Shown here: piece by piece, positions 1 to 8,402 of the stretch
How positions within the stretch are numbered: the first letter of the stretch is position 1
How the letters are laid out: each line of letters opens with the position of its first letter
Source: an uncultured Candidatus Rokubacteria bacterium
GTDB lineage: Bacteria > Methylomirabilota > Methylomirabilia > Rokubacteriales > DASRDR01
NCBI GenBank assembly: GCA_963708025.1
Contig: CAVPSB010000016.1
Span: forward strand, 256,001-320,000
DNA: 64,000 bases
Direction of reading: 5' to 3'
Translations under genes and position numbers: made by a program
The notes under the pieces: generated by a model
The model's database searches: none
Seen by the model: only the letters and a program-made list of their open reading frames with translations
Told to the model about the DNA's origin: nothing

Positions 1-1010
1 GCCTACCACTGGCAGGCGGCCGTGGCCCGCGCGGGCACGATCCCGCGGTCGAGGCCGCCACCGCGCGCATCCGCGACTGGCTTGCCGGCGCATCAAGATC
101 GTCGGCGTCGAGACGCGGCGAGCGCGAGATCGCCGAGGTGAAGTTCACCTCGGTCGTCCAGACGATCGAGGTCTACGGCCGCTACACGCCTCGGCCGATG
201 ACCTCACAGGCGGCGTCGATCGCCCCGCCCTGGAGCCCCGTGCCCTGGACCGTGCTCGGCCATCGCCGAGGAGGCGGTACGGAATCGCCTCGCCGCGCTC
301 TCGGCCGAGGACGCGCGCCGGCTGGGGCGTTCCCTGGCTCGACCTGGCCCGGGACACGGCGACGTCCTCGAGCCGGCTGGTGCCCCTGATCGAGTTCATT
401 CGCCGGCCCGGTCGGCTACCGATCCGGCCGATCTGCGGCGCTATGTCGGGCCCGAGGAGGCCGCCGAGCGCTGGAAGGCGCTCCTGGACTTCTACCGGGC
501 GCACAGGCACCTACGCTGGTGACCAGCGGCCCGTACCGGCTCGACAGCTGGTCGGACGACGCCGTGGTCGCTCGACCGTCGTCCGCGACCTCGGCCTACC
601 CGCTCGGGCGTCGGATCGTACGACCGGTACGCGCATCCCCCACCGCGCGTACCCGGCGACGATGCAGCGGGTCGCGGCGAGCGCGTGGAGATCGACGCCG
701 ATGTTGACGTGGTGCGAGCAGTTCCAGCGCGAGTACCGCGATCGCGCGGCAGCCGCTGCGCACCCAGCCGATCGTGGACGCACGCGGACATGCCCGAGTG
801 CCGCTACGTCGCGGTCGGCCCCGACGACCGGGCGGTCGCCGCCGGCACCGTGCCCTACTCCGGCCGCGGCATCTACGCGCTCGGCCTGGGCGGTCTGTCG
901 GCGGCGACGCTCCGCTGACTCTGATGGCGGCCCTCACGGTCCGCGTACAACGCGCTGGAGCTCGACACGGCCACGCTGTTCGTGGACGGGCGACAGGCCG
1001 GGACGACCGG
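1..1010 (+). CDS. 5'-truncated, heavily frameshifted hypothetical protein, possibly solute-binding-like
   Basis: Protein-like segments can be stitched across frames: EVKFTSVVQTIEVYGRY, QAASIAPPWSPVPWTVL, VTSGPYRLDSWSDDAVV, PECRYVAVGPDDRAVAAGTVPYSGRGIYALGL. It lies directly upstream of ABC permeases. Boundaries are approximate. Confidence 0.35.
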
Positions 1011-1060
1011 CCCGAGATCCTCGCTGCTCACACGCCATGGACGATCGGCCAGCACGATCG

Positions 1061-1972
1061 ATGGACACCCTGCTGATCCACGTGCTCAACTCGCTGCTCT
1101 GAGCGCCGTCCATCCTGTTCCTGATCGCGGGCGGGCCTCAGCCTGATCTACGGCGTGATGCGGATCGTGAACCTCGCTCACGGCAACCTGTACGCCTTGG
1201 CGGCGCTGTACATGATCGGCGTGGACGGTGGGGATCGGCCCTCGGCGAGAGCTACGCTGGCGAGCGCGACGCCGAGCCCGCTTGCTCTACCTGCTCCTGC
1301 CCGTCCGGAGCGATCGCCGCCGCCGCGCTCGGCGCCATGCCTCGAGCCGACGCTCCTGCGCCCGCTCTACGAGCGCGCCGAGGAGTACCAGCTCCTGATC
1401 ACCTTCGGGCTCCTCCTGATCCTCGACGACCTGATGCGCCTGCATCTGGGGCCCGACGCCGCTCTCGGCCAGCGCGCTCTACGAGGCGCCGGGCAGCATC
1501 GCGATCGGCGAGGCCATCTACCCGAGGTACAACCTCATCGTCATCGTCGTGGGCGGCGTGACGGCGGCGGCCCTGTGGGCGTTCGTCTACAAGACCAAGT
1601 TCGGCGTCATCCTGCGGGCGACGTCCCAGAACATGCGGATGGCCTCGGCCCTGGGGGTCAACGTCAACCAGGTGCTACGTGCCAGGCCTTCGACGCTGGG
1701 CTGCTTCATGGCCGGGCTGCGGGGGGGCCATCGTCATGCCCCAGCAGGGCGCGGTGCTGGGCATGGGCGTCGACGCGCTGATCCTGGCCTTCGTCGTGGT
1801 GGTCATCGGCGGGCTCGGCAGCCTGGAAGGGGCGCTGCTCGGAGCCCTGATGGTCGGGATCGTGCGGGAGCTGGGCATCGCCTTCTTCCCCGAGATCGAG
1901 CTGGCGGTGCTCTACCTGATGGCGGCCGTCGTCCTCCTGGTCCGGCCGGCCGGCCTCCTCGGGCGCGCCTGA
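1061..1972 (+). CDS. livH: Branched-chain amino acid ABC transporter permease (frameshifted)
   Basis: Segments MDTLLIHVLNSL, GVMRIVNLAHGNLYALA, KTKFGVILRATSQN and LILAFVVVVIGGLGSLEGALLGALMVG...LLVRPAGLLGRA lie in different frames. Confidence 0.85.
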
Positions 1973-1983
1973 GACCTGCCGGC

Positions 1984-2975
1984 ATGAGCCGAGCGCCCTC
2001 GCCCGCCGGCCTGGTCCTCTGGGGGAGGCGCGATCCTCCTCGTCCTGCTCGGGCTCCCCTTCGTGATCCCCCCTACCAGACGGTGCTGCTCTCCTACGGG
2101 CTCGTCTTCGCGATCGCGGCGCTCGGCTTCAATCTCCTGCTCGGCTACACGGGGCTCCTCTCCTTCGGCCACTCGGCCTACTTCGGGATGGGCACCTACG
2201 CCGTCGCGTTCCTGGTCAAGTACCTGAAGGTGACGTCGATGGAGGCCTACGTGCTCGGCCGGCATGCTGGCCTCGGCCGGGCTGGCCGCGCTCTTCGGCT
2301 TCTTCTGTGTCCGCTACACCCGGATCTTCTTCGGCATCCTGACCCTCGCCCTCTCCCAGGTGCTCTGGAGCCTGATCTTCAAGTTCTACAACCTCACCGG
2401 CGGGCTCCGACGGCCTGCGGGTGCCGACCCCCGCGCTGCTCGGCGGCATGCTGTCCACCGCCTTCGGCAAGACCGAGGACAAGCTGAGCTTCCTGGCCTA
2501 CCGCTACTACTACTACGTCCTGGTCATCTTCGCCGTGTGCGTCGTGCTCATGTGGGTCATCGTCCACTCGCCGTTCGGCAAGGCGCTCCAGGCCATCCGC
2601 GACAACGAGACCCGGGCGGAGTTCGTGGGGGTTCAGGTGCGCCGCTACCGCTGGCTGGCGTTCCTGGTGTCGGGAGCCTACACCGGGCTGGCCGGCGTGC
2701 TGTGGGTGCCGCTCAACGGGCTGACCACCCCGGACATCCTGCACTGGACCTTCTCGGGCAAGATCGTCTTCTTCACCGTGCTCGGCGGCTTCCAGACCTT
2801 CGTGGGGCCGATCGTCGGCGCCATCGTCTACAACTACCTGGAGACCTACGCGGTCGGCCACACCGTGTACTGGCAGATGGTGCTCGGGGTGGTGCTGGTG
2901 GTCCTGGTGCTGGCGCTGCCGTCCGGCATCGTCGGCACCGCCAGCCGGCTACTCCTCAGGCGCCGCGCGACCTGA
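1984..2975 (+). CDS. livM: Branched-chain amino acid ABC transporter permease (frameshifted)
   Basis: Motifs GFNLLLGYTGLLSFGHSAYFGMG, FFGILTLALSQV, SPFGKALQAIRDNETRAEFVG and VLGGFQTFVGPIVGA; at least two indels. Confidence 0.88.
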
Positions 2976-2976
2976 C

Positions 2977-3734
2977 ATGCCGCTCCTCGAGACCCGGAAC
3001 CTGATGAAGTACTTCGGGGACACCCACGCGGTCGACCGGGTGAACTTCCGGGTGGAGCAGGGCGAGCTCCTCGCCCTCATCGGCTCCAACGGCGCCGGCA
3101 AGACGACGCTGGTCAACCTGATCAGCGGCCTGCTGCGGGCCGACGACGGCCAGATCGTCTTCCAGGGCCGGGACGTCACCCGGCAGTCCATCCACGAGCG
3201 GATCGCGGCGGGCGTCGCCCGGAGCTTCCAGCTCGTGAACCTATTCGACCAGCTCACCACGCTCGACAACGTGGCGCTGTCCATCTTCTCCCGGGAAGGC
3301 AAAACCCGGCGCCTGTTCGCCCTCGCCGACCGCGACGCCGCCGTGCGCCGGGAGGCGACGGAGGTGCTGCGGGAGTTCGGCCTGGAGGCCCGGGCCGGCA
3401 TGGTGGCGGGGGGCTCTCCCAGGGGGAGCGCAAGCTGCTCGACGTCGCCGTCGCCTACGCGCTGCGCCCGAAGCTCCTGTTCCTGGACGAGCCGACCAGC
3501 GGCGTGAGCACCCGGGAGAAGGCGCCGATCATGGACATCATCACCGCGATCGTGCGGTCCGGGCAGATCACCGCCGTGATCATCGAGCACGACATGGACG
3601 TCGTCTTCAAGTACTCGAACCGCATCGTGGTCATGCACGAGGGGACGATCCTGGCCGACGGGACGCCCGACGAGATCCGCCGGAACGAGCAGGTCAGCCT
3701 GACCCTGCTCGGCACCCCCCCGGCCAGCGCCTGA
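2977..3734 (+). CDS. livG: Branched-chain ABC transporter ATP-binding protein (frameshift near the G-run at about 3408)
   Basis: Walker A GSNGAGKTT and ARSFQ in the first frame; LLFLDEPTSG and IIEHDMDVVF in the second. Confidence 0.9.
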
Positions 3735-4471
3735 TGGCGACCCCGGCCCGCCCGGCGGTCCTCCAGGTCGAGCGGATCGAGACCTTCCGCGGCCAGGCCC
3801 ACATCCTCCGCGCCGTCTCGCTGAGCGTCCAGGGCGACGAGGCCGTCTGCCTGGTCGGGCGCAACGGCGCCGGCAAGACCACCACGATCGAGAGCATCAT
3901 GGGCCTCCTGCCGCTGCGGGCGGGCCGCGTCGCCCTGGGCGACCGCGACATCACCCGGCTGCCCGCCCACACGCGCGCGCGCCTCGGGATCGGCTACGCG
4001 CCGGAGGATGCCGGCATCTTCCCCGACCTCAGCGTCGAGGAGAACTTCGAGATCAGCCACTGGCTGGCCGGCTCGTCCGGCGGGGCCGGCCGGGCCCCGA
4101 GCGACGCCTACGAGCGCGTCTACGCCCTGTTCCCGGAGATCCGGCAGTTCCTCGGCCGGCGGGGGCTGTACCTCTCCGGCGGGCAGAAGAAGATGGTGGC
4201 GATCGCCCGGGCCCTGATGCTCTCCCCGTCGATCCTGCTCCTCGACGAGCCGTTCGAGGGCCTGGCCCCGGTCGTGGTGAGCCGCTTCATCGACGCGGTC
4301 AAGAGCATCAAGGCAATGGGCGTCTCGCTCCTGATCGCGGAGTCCAACCTGGCGAACGCGGCGCGCGTCGCCGACCGGCTCTACGCGATCGATCGCGGCG
4401 AGATCATCTTCGAGGGCCCGCCCCGGAGCGCCCTCGACAACGCCGAGGTGATGAAGACCCTCCGAGGCTAG
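3734..4471 (+). CDS. livF: Branched-chain ABC transporter ATP-binding protein
   Basis: GRNGAGKTT, LSGGQKKM, LLLDEPFEGLAP; its start overlaps the livG stop. Confidence 0.92.
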   Translation: MATPARPAVLQVERIETFRGQAHILRAVSLSVQGDEAVCLVGRNGAGKTTTIESIMGLLPLRAGRVALGDRDITRLPAHTRARLGIGYAPEDAGIFPDLSVEENFEISHWLAGSSGGAGRAPSDAYERVYALFPEIRQFLGRRGLYLSGGQKKMVAIARALMLSPSILLLDEPFEGLAPVVVSRFIDAVKSIKAMGVSLLIAESNLANAARVADRLYAIDRGEIIFEGPPRSALDNAEVMKTLRG

Positions 4472-4546
4472 GTCCATCGGGGGGGTCTCGGAAGACCCCC
4501 CCGATGCCCCCCCTTCGGTTGCGGCGGCAAAGCCGCCGCTCGGAGG
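4468..4546 (+). repeat. Double-hairpin intergenic repeat, copy 1
   Basis: CTAG, then tcgggggggtct-cgga-agacccccccga, then gcggcggc-aaa-gccgccgc-tcggagg; matches the copies at 6664, 13840, 35232, 43813 and 59057. Confidence 0.9.
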
Positions 4547-4583
4547 GGACAGTGGTCGCGCGACGGAGCGGCAGATGGCCTGC

Positions 4584-5300
4584 TCACCCCGACGCGGCAG
4601 CCGCGACCGTCGAGCGTCTGGGGATGGCCGCGCGGACCGCATCCGCCATCGGGCTCCAGGCGAACCAGTGCGGGAAAGCGCGGGTGACGGCCGGCATCCC
4701 GTCGAGACGCACCAGGCCCTGGCGCAGCGCCTCGCCGAGCGTGATCCGACCCAGCCACACGCGGTAGAAGCCATCGATGTCCGCGGTCACCCGGAGATCG
4801 ACATCGAACCCCGGGTGCTGGAGACAGACCGACACGTCGGTCCGCTTCAGGACGAGCCAGTAGCTGCCGGTCCGCCCGCCGCGGAAGTCGAACTGGATCA
4901 CCATGCGCCCCGGGGGCAGCCGGTGCCGGTGGACCCGCCGTCTCATCCACCAGAGGAGCACGACCGGATCCAGCTCGGTGCGCCGCGGATCGCCGAACGC
5001 CCATCGCGCTCCCCACCCGCCGAGCACGTCGATGACCCGCTGAAGCTGTCGGCCCGCGCGCGTGAGGTGGTACTGGACCACCCGGCCGCCGGCGCCCGGC
5101 CGCCGCTCCACGATGCCCGTCCGCTCCAGCCGGCGCAGTCGCTCGACGAGGAGGGCGCGCGAGATTCCGGGGAGTCCGCGGTCCAGGTCGTTGAAATGGT
5201 GGATGCCGGCGAGAAGCTCGCGGACGATGAGCGGAGTCCAGCGGTCCGCGAAGATCTCCGACGCTCGGGCCACCGGACAGTACTGGCCGTACAAATACAT
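4584..5300 (-). CDS. HxlR-family winged-helix regulator with SCP2-like C-terminal domain
   Basis: MYLYGQYCPVARASEIFADRWTPLIVRELL...FNDLDRGLPGISRALLVERLRRLE; C-terminal PGFDVDLRVTAD...VWLGRITL. Confidence 0.9.
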   Translation of the reverse strand: MYLYGQYCPVARASEIFADRWTPLIVRELLAGIHHFNDLDRGLPGISRALLVERLRRLERTGIVERRPGAGGRVVQYHLTRAGRQLQRVIDVLGGWGARWAFGDPRRTELDPVVLLWWMRRRVHRHRLPPGRMVIQFDFRGGRTGSYWLVLKRTDVSVCLQHPGFDVDLRVTADIDGFYRVWLGRITLGEALRQGLVRLDGMPAVTRAFPHWFAWSPMADAVRAAIPRRSTVAAAASG

Positions 5301-5336
5301 GGCAGGCACCTCCAGACCGGCAGGGACGGTCACGCT

Positions 5337-5357
5337 CCAGTTCGCTAATTGTACTGG
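5337..5357. promoter_or_regulatory. Inverted-repeat operator between the divergent HxlR regulator and cupin gene
   Basis: ccagttc-gctaatt-gtactgg: 7-bp arms with one mismatch and an AT-rich centre. Confidence 0.5.
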
Positions 5358-5433
5358 TTTCGCCCCGACCCGTGCCTCAGGCTGCGCGGTGGGATGTCTC
5401 CCCATTGGACCCACCGGAAAAGGAGGCAGGATC

Positions 5434-5904
5434 ATGGCGAACGTGGAGACCACGCGGCGCGATCTCCTACAGGCTCTCGGGACACTGCCCTTGCTGGCGC
5501 TGCTCCCGCAAACCCGCGGGGCCGCGGCCCAGACACCCGGCGGCGTGAAGGTGGAGACCAAGGGCCTCACGGCCAGGATCAAGTTCGAGAGCGTCCTGTC
5601 CGGGTACCTGACCGAGCTCAACGGCAAGTACAAGCTGAGGGTCACGGAGCTGGTCCTGGAGCCCGGGGGCTACGTGGGCGAGCATCACCATGCGGGCCCT
5701 GGGATCCGCCAGGTGACCTCCGGGTACATGACCTACGTCCTCCCGGACAAGACGCTGGTCTACGGCCCGGGTGACTTCTTCTTCGAGTCGGGGGACGTCA
5801 ATCACACGGCGCAAAACAAGACCGAGGCCCCCATGGTCCACGTGCTCTTCGAGATTCTCCCGGCCGATCACCAGGGTCCGTCGATCATGCCGGCGAAGCA
5901 CTGA
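5434..5904 (+). CDS. Tat-exported cupin-domain protein
   Basis: RBS aggagg; twin-arginine TRRDLLQ plus hydrophobic stretch and AAA; cupin motifs GEHHHAGP and GDFFFESGDVNHTAQN. Confidence 0.8.
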   Translation: MANVETTRRDLLQALGTLPLLALLPQTRGAAAQTPGGVKVETKGLTARIKFESVLSGYLTELNGKYKLRVTELVLEPGGYVGEHHHAGPGIRQVTSGYMTYVLPDKTLVYGPGDFFFESGDVNHTAQNKTEAPMVHVLFEILPADHQGPSIMPAKH

Positions 5905-5936
5905 CGCTCGAGGGAGGAGCCTCTCTCCCGTTGATA

Positions 5937-6662
5937 TCAGGAGCGCGCGGTCACGCGGAGCGCGGCGACGTCTCTGGTCGCGCGGTCCCCGGTGTCGGGG
6001 GGACCGCCGACCAGCCACCCGAGCCAGGCGACGCCGACGGCCAGGGCCAGGAGCACGAGCGCGGTCGCGACCCGGGAGACCACGGCGAGCAGCGCGAGGG
6101 CGCCGCTCGAGAGCCCGACGAACGCCAGCCCGACCACCGGGATCACCGGCGCCCCACAGCCCATCACGCTGCAGGGCCCGGTGGAGAGTCCGAGGACGGT
6201 CGCCAGCGTCCCCGTCACCCCGCCCGATCGGCCGAGCCGGGATCCTCCGCCGGCGCCGGCCAGCCGGTCGCGCCGGTAGAGCCAGAGGGCGAAGTAGGCG
6301 CCGACCAGCCCGCCGCTCAGCGCGAACCGGGCGAGGTCGGTCACGTTGACCTCGAACCCCCACTCGGCCCCGTAGGGACTGGACGCGGCGAACGTGAGCA
6401 GGGTCAACCCCGGCAGGAACTCGAGCTTGCGGGCGAGCGGGACCTGGGTCGAGGCCAGGAACTCGGGCAGCCGCCTGAGCCAGGGGTTGACGGTGAAGAA
6501 ATCCATCGGCTTCCGCGTGAGCGAGAGGACCAGGAGCGGCAGGACGAGATCGAGGACGACGACGAGGGCCGCGACGCCCAGGAAGGTACCCGGGCGCGCG
6601 CGAATGGCCGCCCCGATGCCCGCGATGATTCGGCCCGGCACGCTGCGTCGCATCGAGAGCAT
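5937..6662 (-). CDS. Hypothetical multi-pass membrane protein
   Basis: Several hydrophobic helices; contains GPCSVMGCGAP; GC-rich codon usage typical of real genes here. Confidence 0.7.
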   Translation of the reverse strand: MLSMRRSVPGRIIAGIGAAIRARPGTFLGVAALVVVLDLVLPLLVLSLTRKPMDFFTVNPWLRRLPEFLASTQVPLARKLEFLPGLTLLTFAASSPYGAEWGFEVNVTDLARFALSGGLVGAYFALWLYRRDRLAGAGGGSRLGRSGGVTGTLATVLGLSTGPCSVMGCGAPVIPVVGLAFVGLSSGALALLAVVSRVATALVLLALAVGVAWLGWLVGGPPDTGDRATRDVAALRVTARS

Positions 6663-6663
6663 G

Positions 6664-6824
6664 CTAGCTTCTTCGGGGGGGTCTCGGAAGCCCCCCCGAT
6701 GCCCCCCCGTCGTGGCGGCGGCTGTTGGACGGCCTTCGGCCTTTGGGCCGCCGCTCGGAGGCTCTTCCTGGCTCACCTCACGCTGAACGCGACACGGTAT
6801 TACTCGGGCGGACTGCCAGGCTAG
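6664..6824 (+). repeat. Double-hairpin repeat, copy 2 (long form, CTAG at both ends)
   Basis: Same hairpin 1. Hairpin 2 (gcggcggc...gccgccgc) carries an inserted ggccttcggcc sub-hairpin. The 3' extension is shared with copies 3 and 4. CTAG at 6664 and 6821. Confidence 0.88.
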
Positions 6825-6861
6825 CCGCCGGCCCACCCCCTGTAAACCCCGCCGGCTTGCC

Positions 6862-6890
6862 TTGACGTCACTCCGGTCCTGGGCTACGGT
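6862..6890 (+). promoter_or_regulatory. Putative sigma70 promoter
   Basis: TTGACG-17 nt-TACGGT upstream of the GNAT relic and pduO. Confidence 0.5.
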
Positions 6891-6925
6891 GGCCCCCGCA
6901 GCGCGACCGGAATGGAGAGCCTCCC

Positions 6926-7060
6926 ATGACCGACCTTCGCCTCGTCGTCGAGCCCCACGCGCCGGAGAGCCTGAAGCAGCACGTCCGCGACCGCCTCGAC
7001 CTCTACGTGGGGCGGTCAGTCCGAGTACTTCAGAGGAAGAGGCTGGTCCGCGAGGCGTAG
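6926..7060 (+). pseudogene. N-terminal relic of a GNAT-like acetyltransferase
   Basis: MTDLRLVVEPHAPESLKQHVRDRLDLY, then out-of-frame GQSEYF; resembles GNAT N-termini from recall; truncated. Confidence 0.4.
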
Positions 7061-7098
7061 CGCCCGCGGTATCCCCGCCGGCGAGCCAGGAGGATGCC

Positions 7099-7707
7099 AT
7101 GCCCGTCCGCATCACCCGCGTCTACACCCGCACCGGCGACCGCGGCGAGACGGCCCTCGTGGGGGGCAAGCGCGTGCCCAAGGACGCGCCGCGGATCGAG
7201 GCCTACGGCACGATCGACGAGCTGAACGCCGCGATCGGCCTGGCCCGGGTCTTCAACGAGGAGCGCCTCGCGGAGGGCGAGGGGCATCGCTGGCTGGACG
7301 GGCTGCTGCGCCGCCTCCAGAACCAGCTCTTCGACCTCGGCAGCGAGCTGGCCACGCCCGAGGAGTCGGTCTACGAGGGGATGTACCGGGTGGGTGAGGG
7401 CGACGTCCGGGAGCTGGAGCGGCTGATCGACGAGTGCCAGAAGGAGCTGGGTCCACTCAAGTCCTTCGTGCTGCCGGGCGGGGGCCGCGTCGGCGCGTTC
7501 CTCCACCAGGCCCGGACCGTGTGCCGGCGCGCCGAGCGGGAGGTCCTGCGCCTGTCGCGGATCGAGCCGCTCCCCGAGTGGCCGCTCCGCTACGTCAACC
7601 GGCTGAGCGACCTGCTCTTCGTCCTCTCGCGCTGGGTCGCGAAGCGACTCGGAGAACCGGAGTACTTGTGGGAGCGGGGCCTGGAGGCCCACCGCCGGAA
7701 AAAGTAG
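7099..7707 (+). CDS. pduO: ATP:cob(I)alamin adenosyltransferase, PduO type
   Basis: ITRVYTRTGDRGET, EAYGTIDELNA, FVLPGG, ARTVCRRAER, YVNRLSDLLF. Confidence 0.95.
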   Translation: MPVRITRVYTRTGDRGETALVGGKRVPKDAPRIEAYGTIDELNAAIGLARVFNEERLAEGEGHRWLDGLLRRLQNQLFDLGSELATPEESVYEGMYRVGEGDVRELERLIDECQKELGPLKSFVLPGGGRVGAFLHQARTVCRRAEREVLRLSRIEPLPEWPLRYVNRLSDLLFVLSRWVAKRLGEPEYLWERGLEAHRRKK

Positions 7708-7714
7708 CCGCTCG

Positions 7715-8230
7715 TCAGTCCCTTTCTGGCACGCGGGCGAGCGCCTCCCCGAGCACGCTCCGGATCTCCTCGACCTCGAACGGCATGCCATCACGAAGTT
7801 AACACCGCGCCACGGCGCCTCGGCGGGATCGATCTGATCGCTTCACCCGGTCACCAGCTCCACCGGGGTCTCCCGTCGCCGCAGCTTGACGGCCCGTGCC
7901 ACGTCCCATCCCGACAGCCCCGGCATCCCGAGGTCGGTGAAGACGACGTCGAACGGCTCCTCGTCGAGCAGCCGGCCGAGCTCGCGCTACACCGTCTGGA
8001 GGAGCCGGTTGACGTCGAGCTGCCCGGTCACCGCGCGCGAGAGCGCGTAGCGCTCTCGGCCAGCCGGATCCGGTAGCGCCGGACGCGCTCGAGGACAGGC
8101 GAGGGGACGCGGTAGCCCGTGTGCGGCTCCAGGGCGCCGGTCGCCTCGTCCACCAGCCACACCCCGACCGAGTCGGCCCCGGTCGTGCGCGCCACCTGGC
8201 GGAGGAGGTGGCGGAGGAGCGCCACGAGCT
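7715..8230 (-). pseudogene. Collapsed relic of a GAF-kinase-receiver gene
   Basis: GAF pieces LLRQVARTTGADSVGVWLVDE and ALSRAVTGQLDVNRLL are fused to a receiver piece FDVVFTDLGMPGLSGWDVARAVK...LVTG* (TGA where Trp is expected), then a frameshifted PFEVEEIRSVL. Confidence 0.75.
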
Positions 8231-8332
8231 CCCGATCCGGAGAATTCCGAGTAGTGGCGCGTGATTATCCCACGGGGGCCCCGTCCGGCCGGCAGAGAGA
8301 CCGGGGGGCCCGGCGGAGCCTGTCGGGTTGGT

Positions 8333-8361
8333 TTGGCCGGCCCGGCCGTCGCGCATATAAT
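8333..8361 (+). promoter_or_regulatory. Putative sigma70 promoter
   Basis: TTGGCC-17 nt-TATAAT, about 40 nt upstream of the hybrid kinase start. Confidence 0.55.
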
Positions 8362-8402
8362 CGGCCCCATCCCATGCGAACCAGACCTGGGGAGCCCCTT
8401 CG

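Noticed and set aside
3400-3420. Programmed frameshift or phase variation in livG at a G-run
   Set aside because: It lies in an error-rich block, so a homopolymer sequencing error is more parsimonious.
6890-7098. Cobalamin riboswitch upstream of pduO
   Set aside because: No B12-box or GCCACTG/GGGAAG core was recognised; the region is better explained as a gene relic.
7843-7845. In-frame TGA in the receiver relic as selenocysteine or Trp recoding
   Set aside because: The surrounding gene is deleted and frameshifted, and TGA is used as a normal stop throughout the window.
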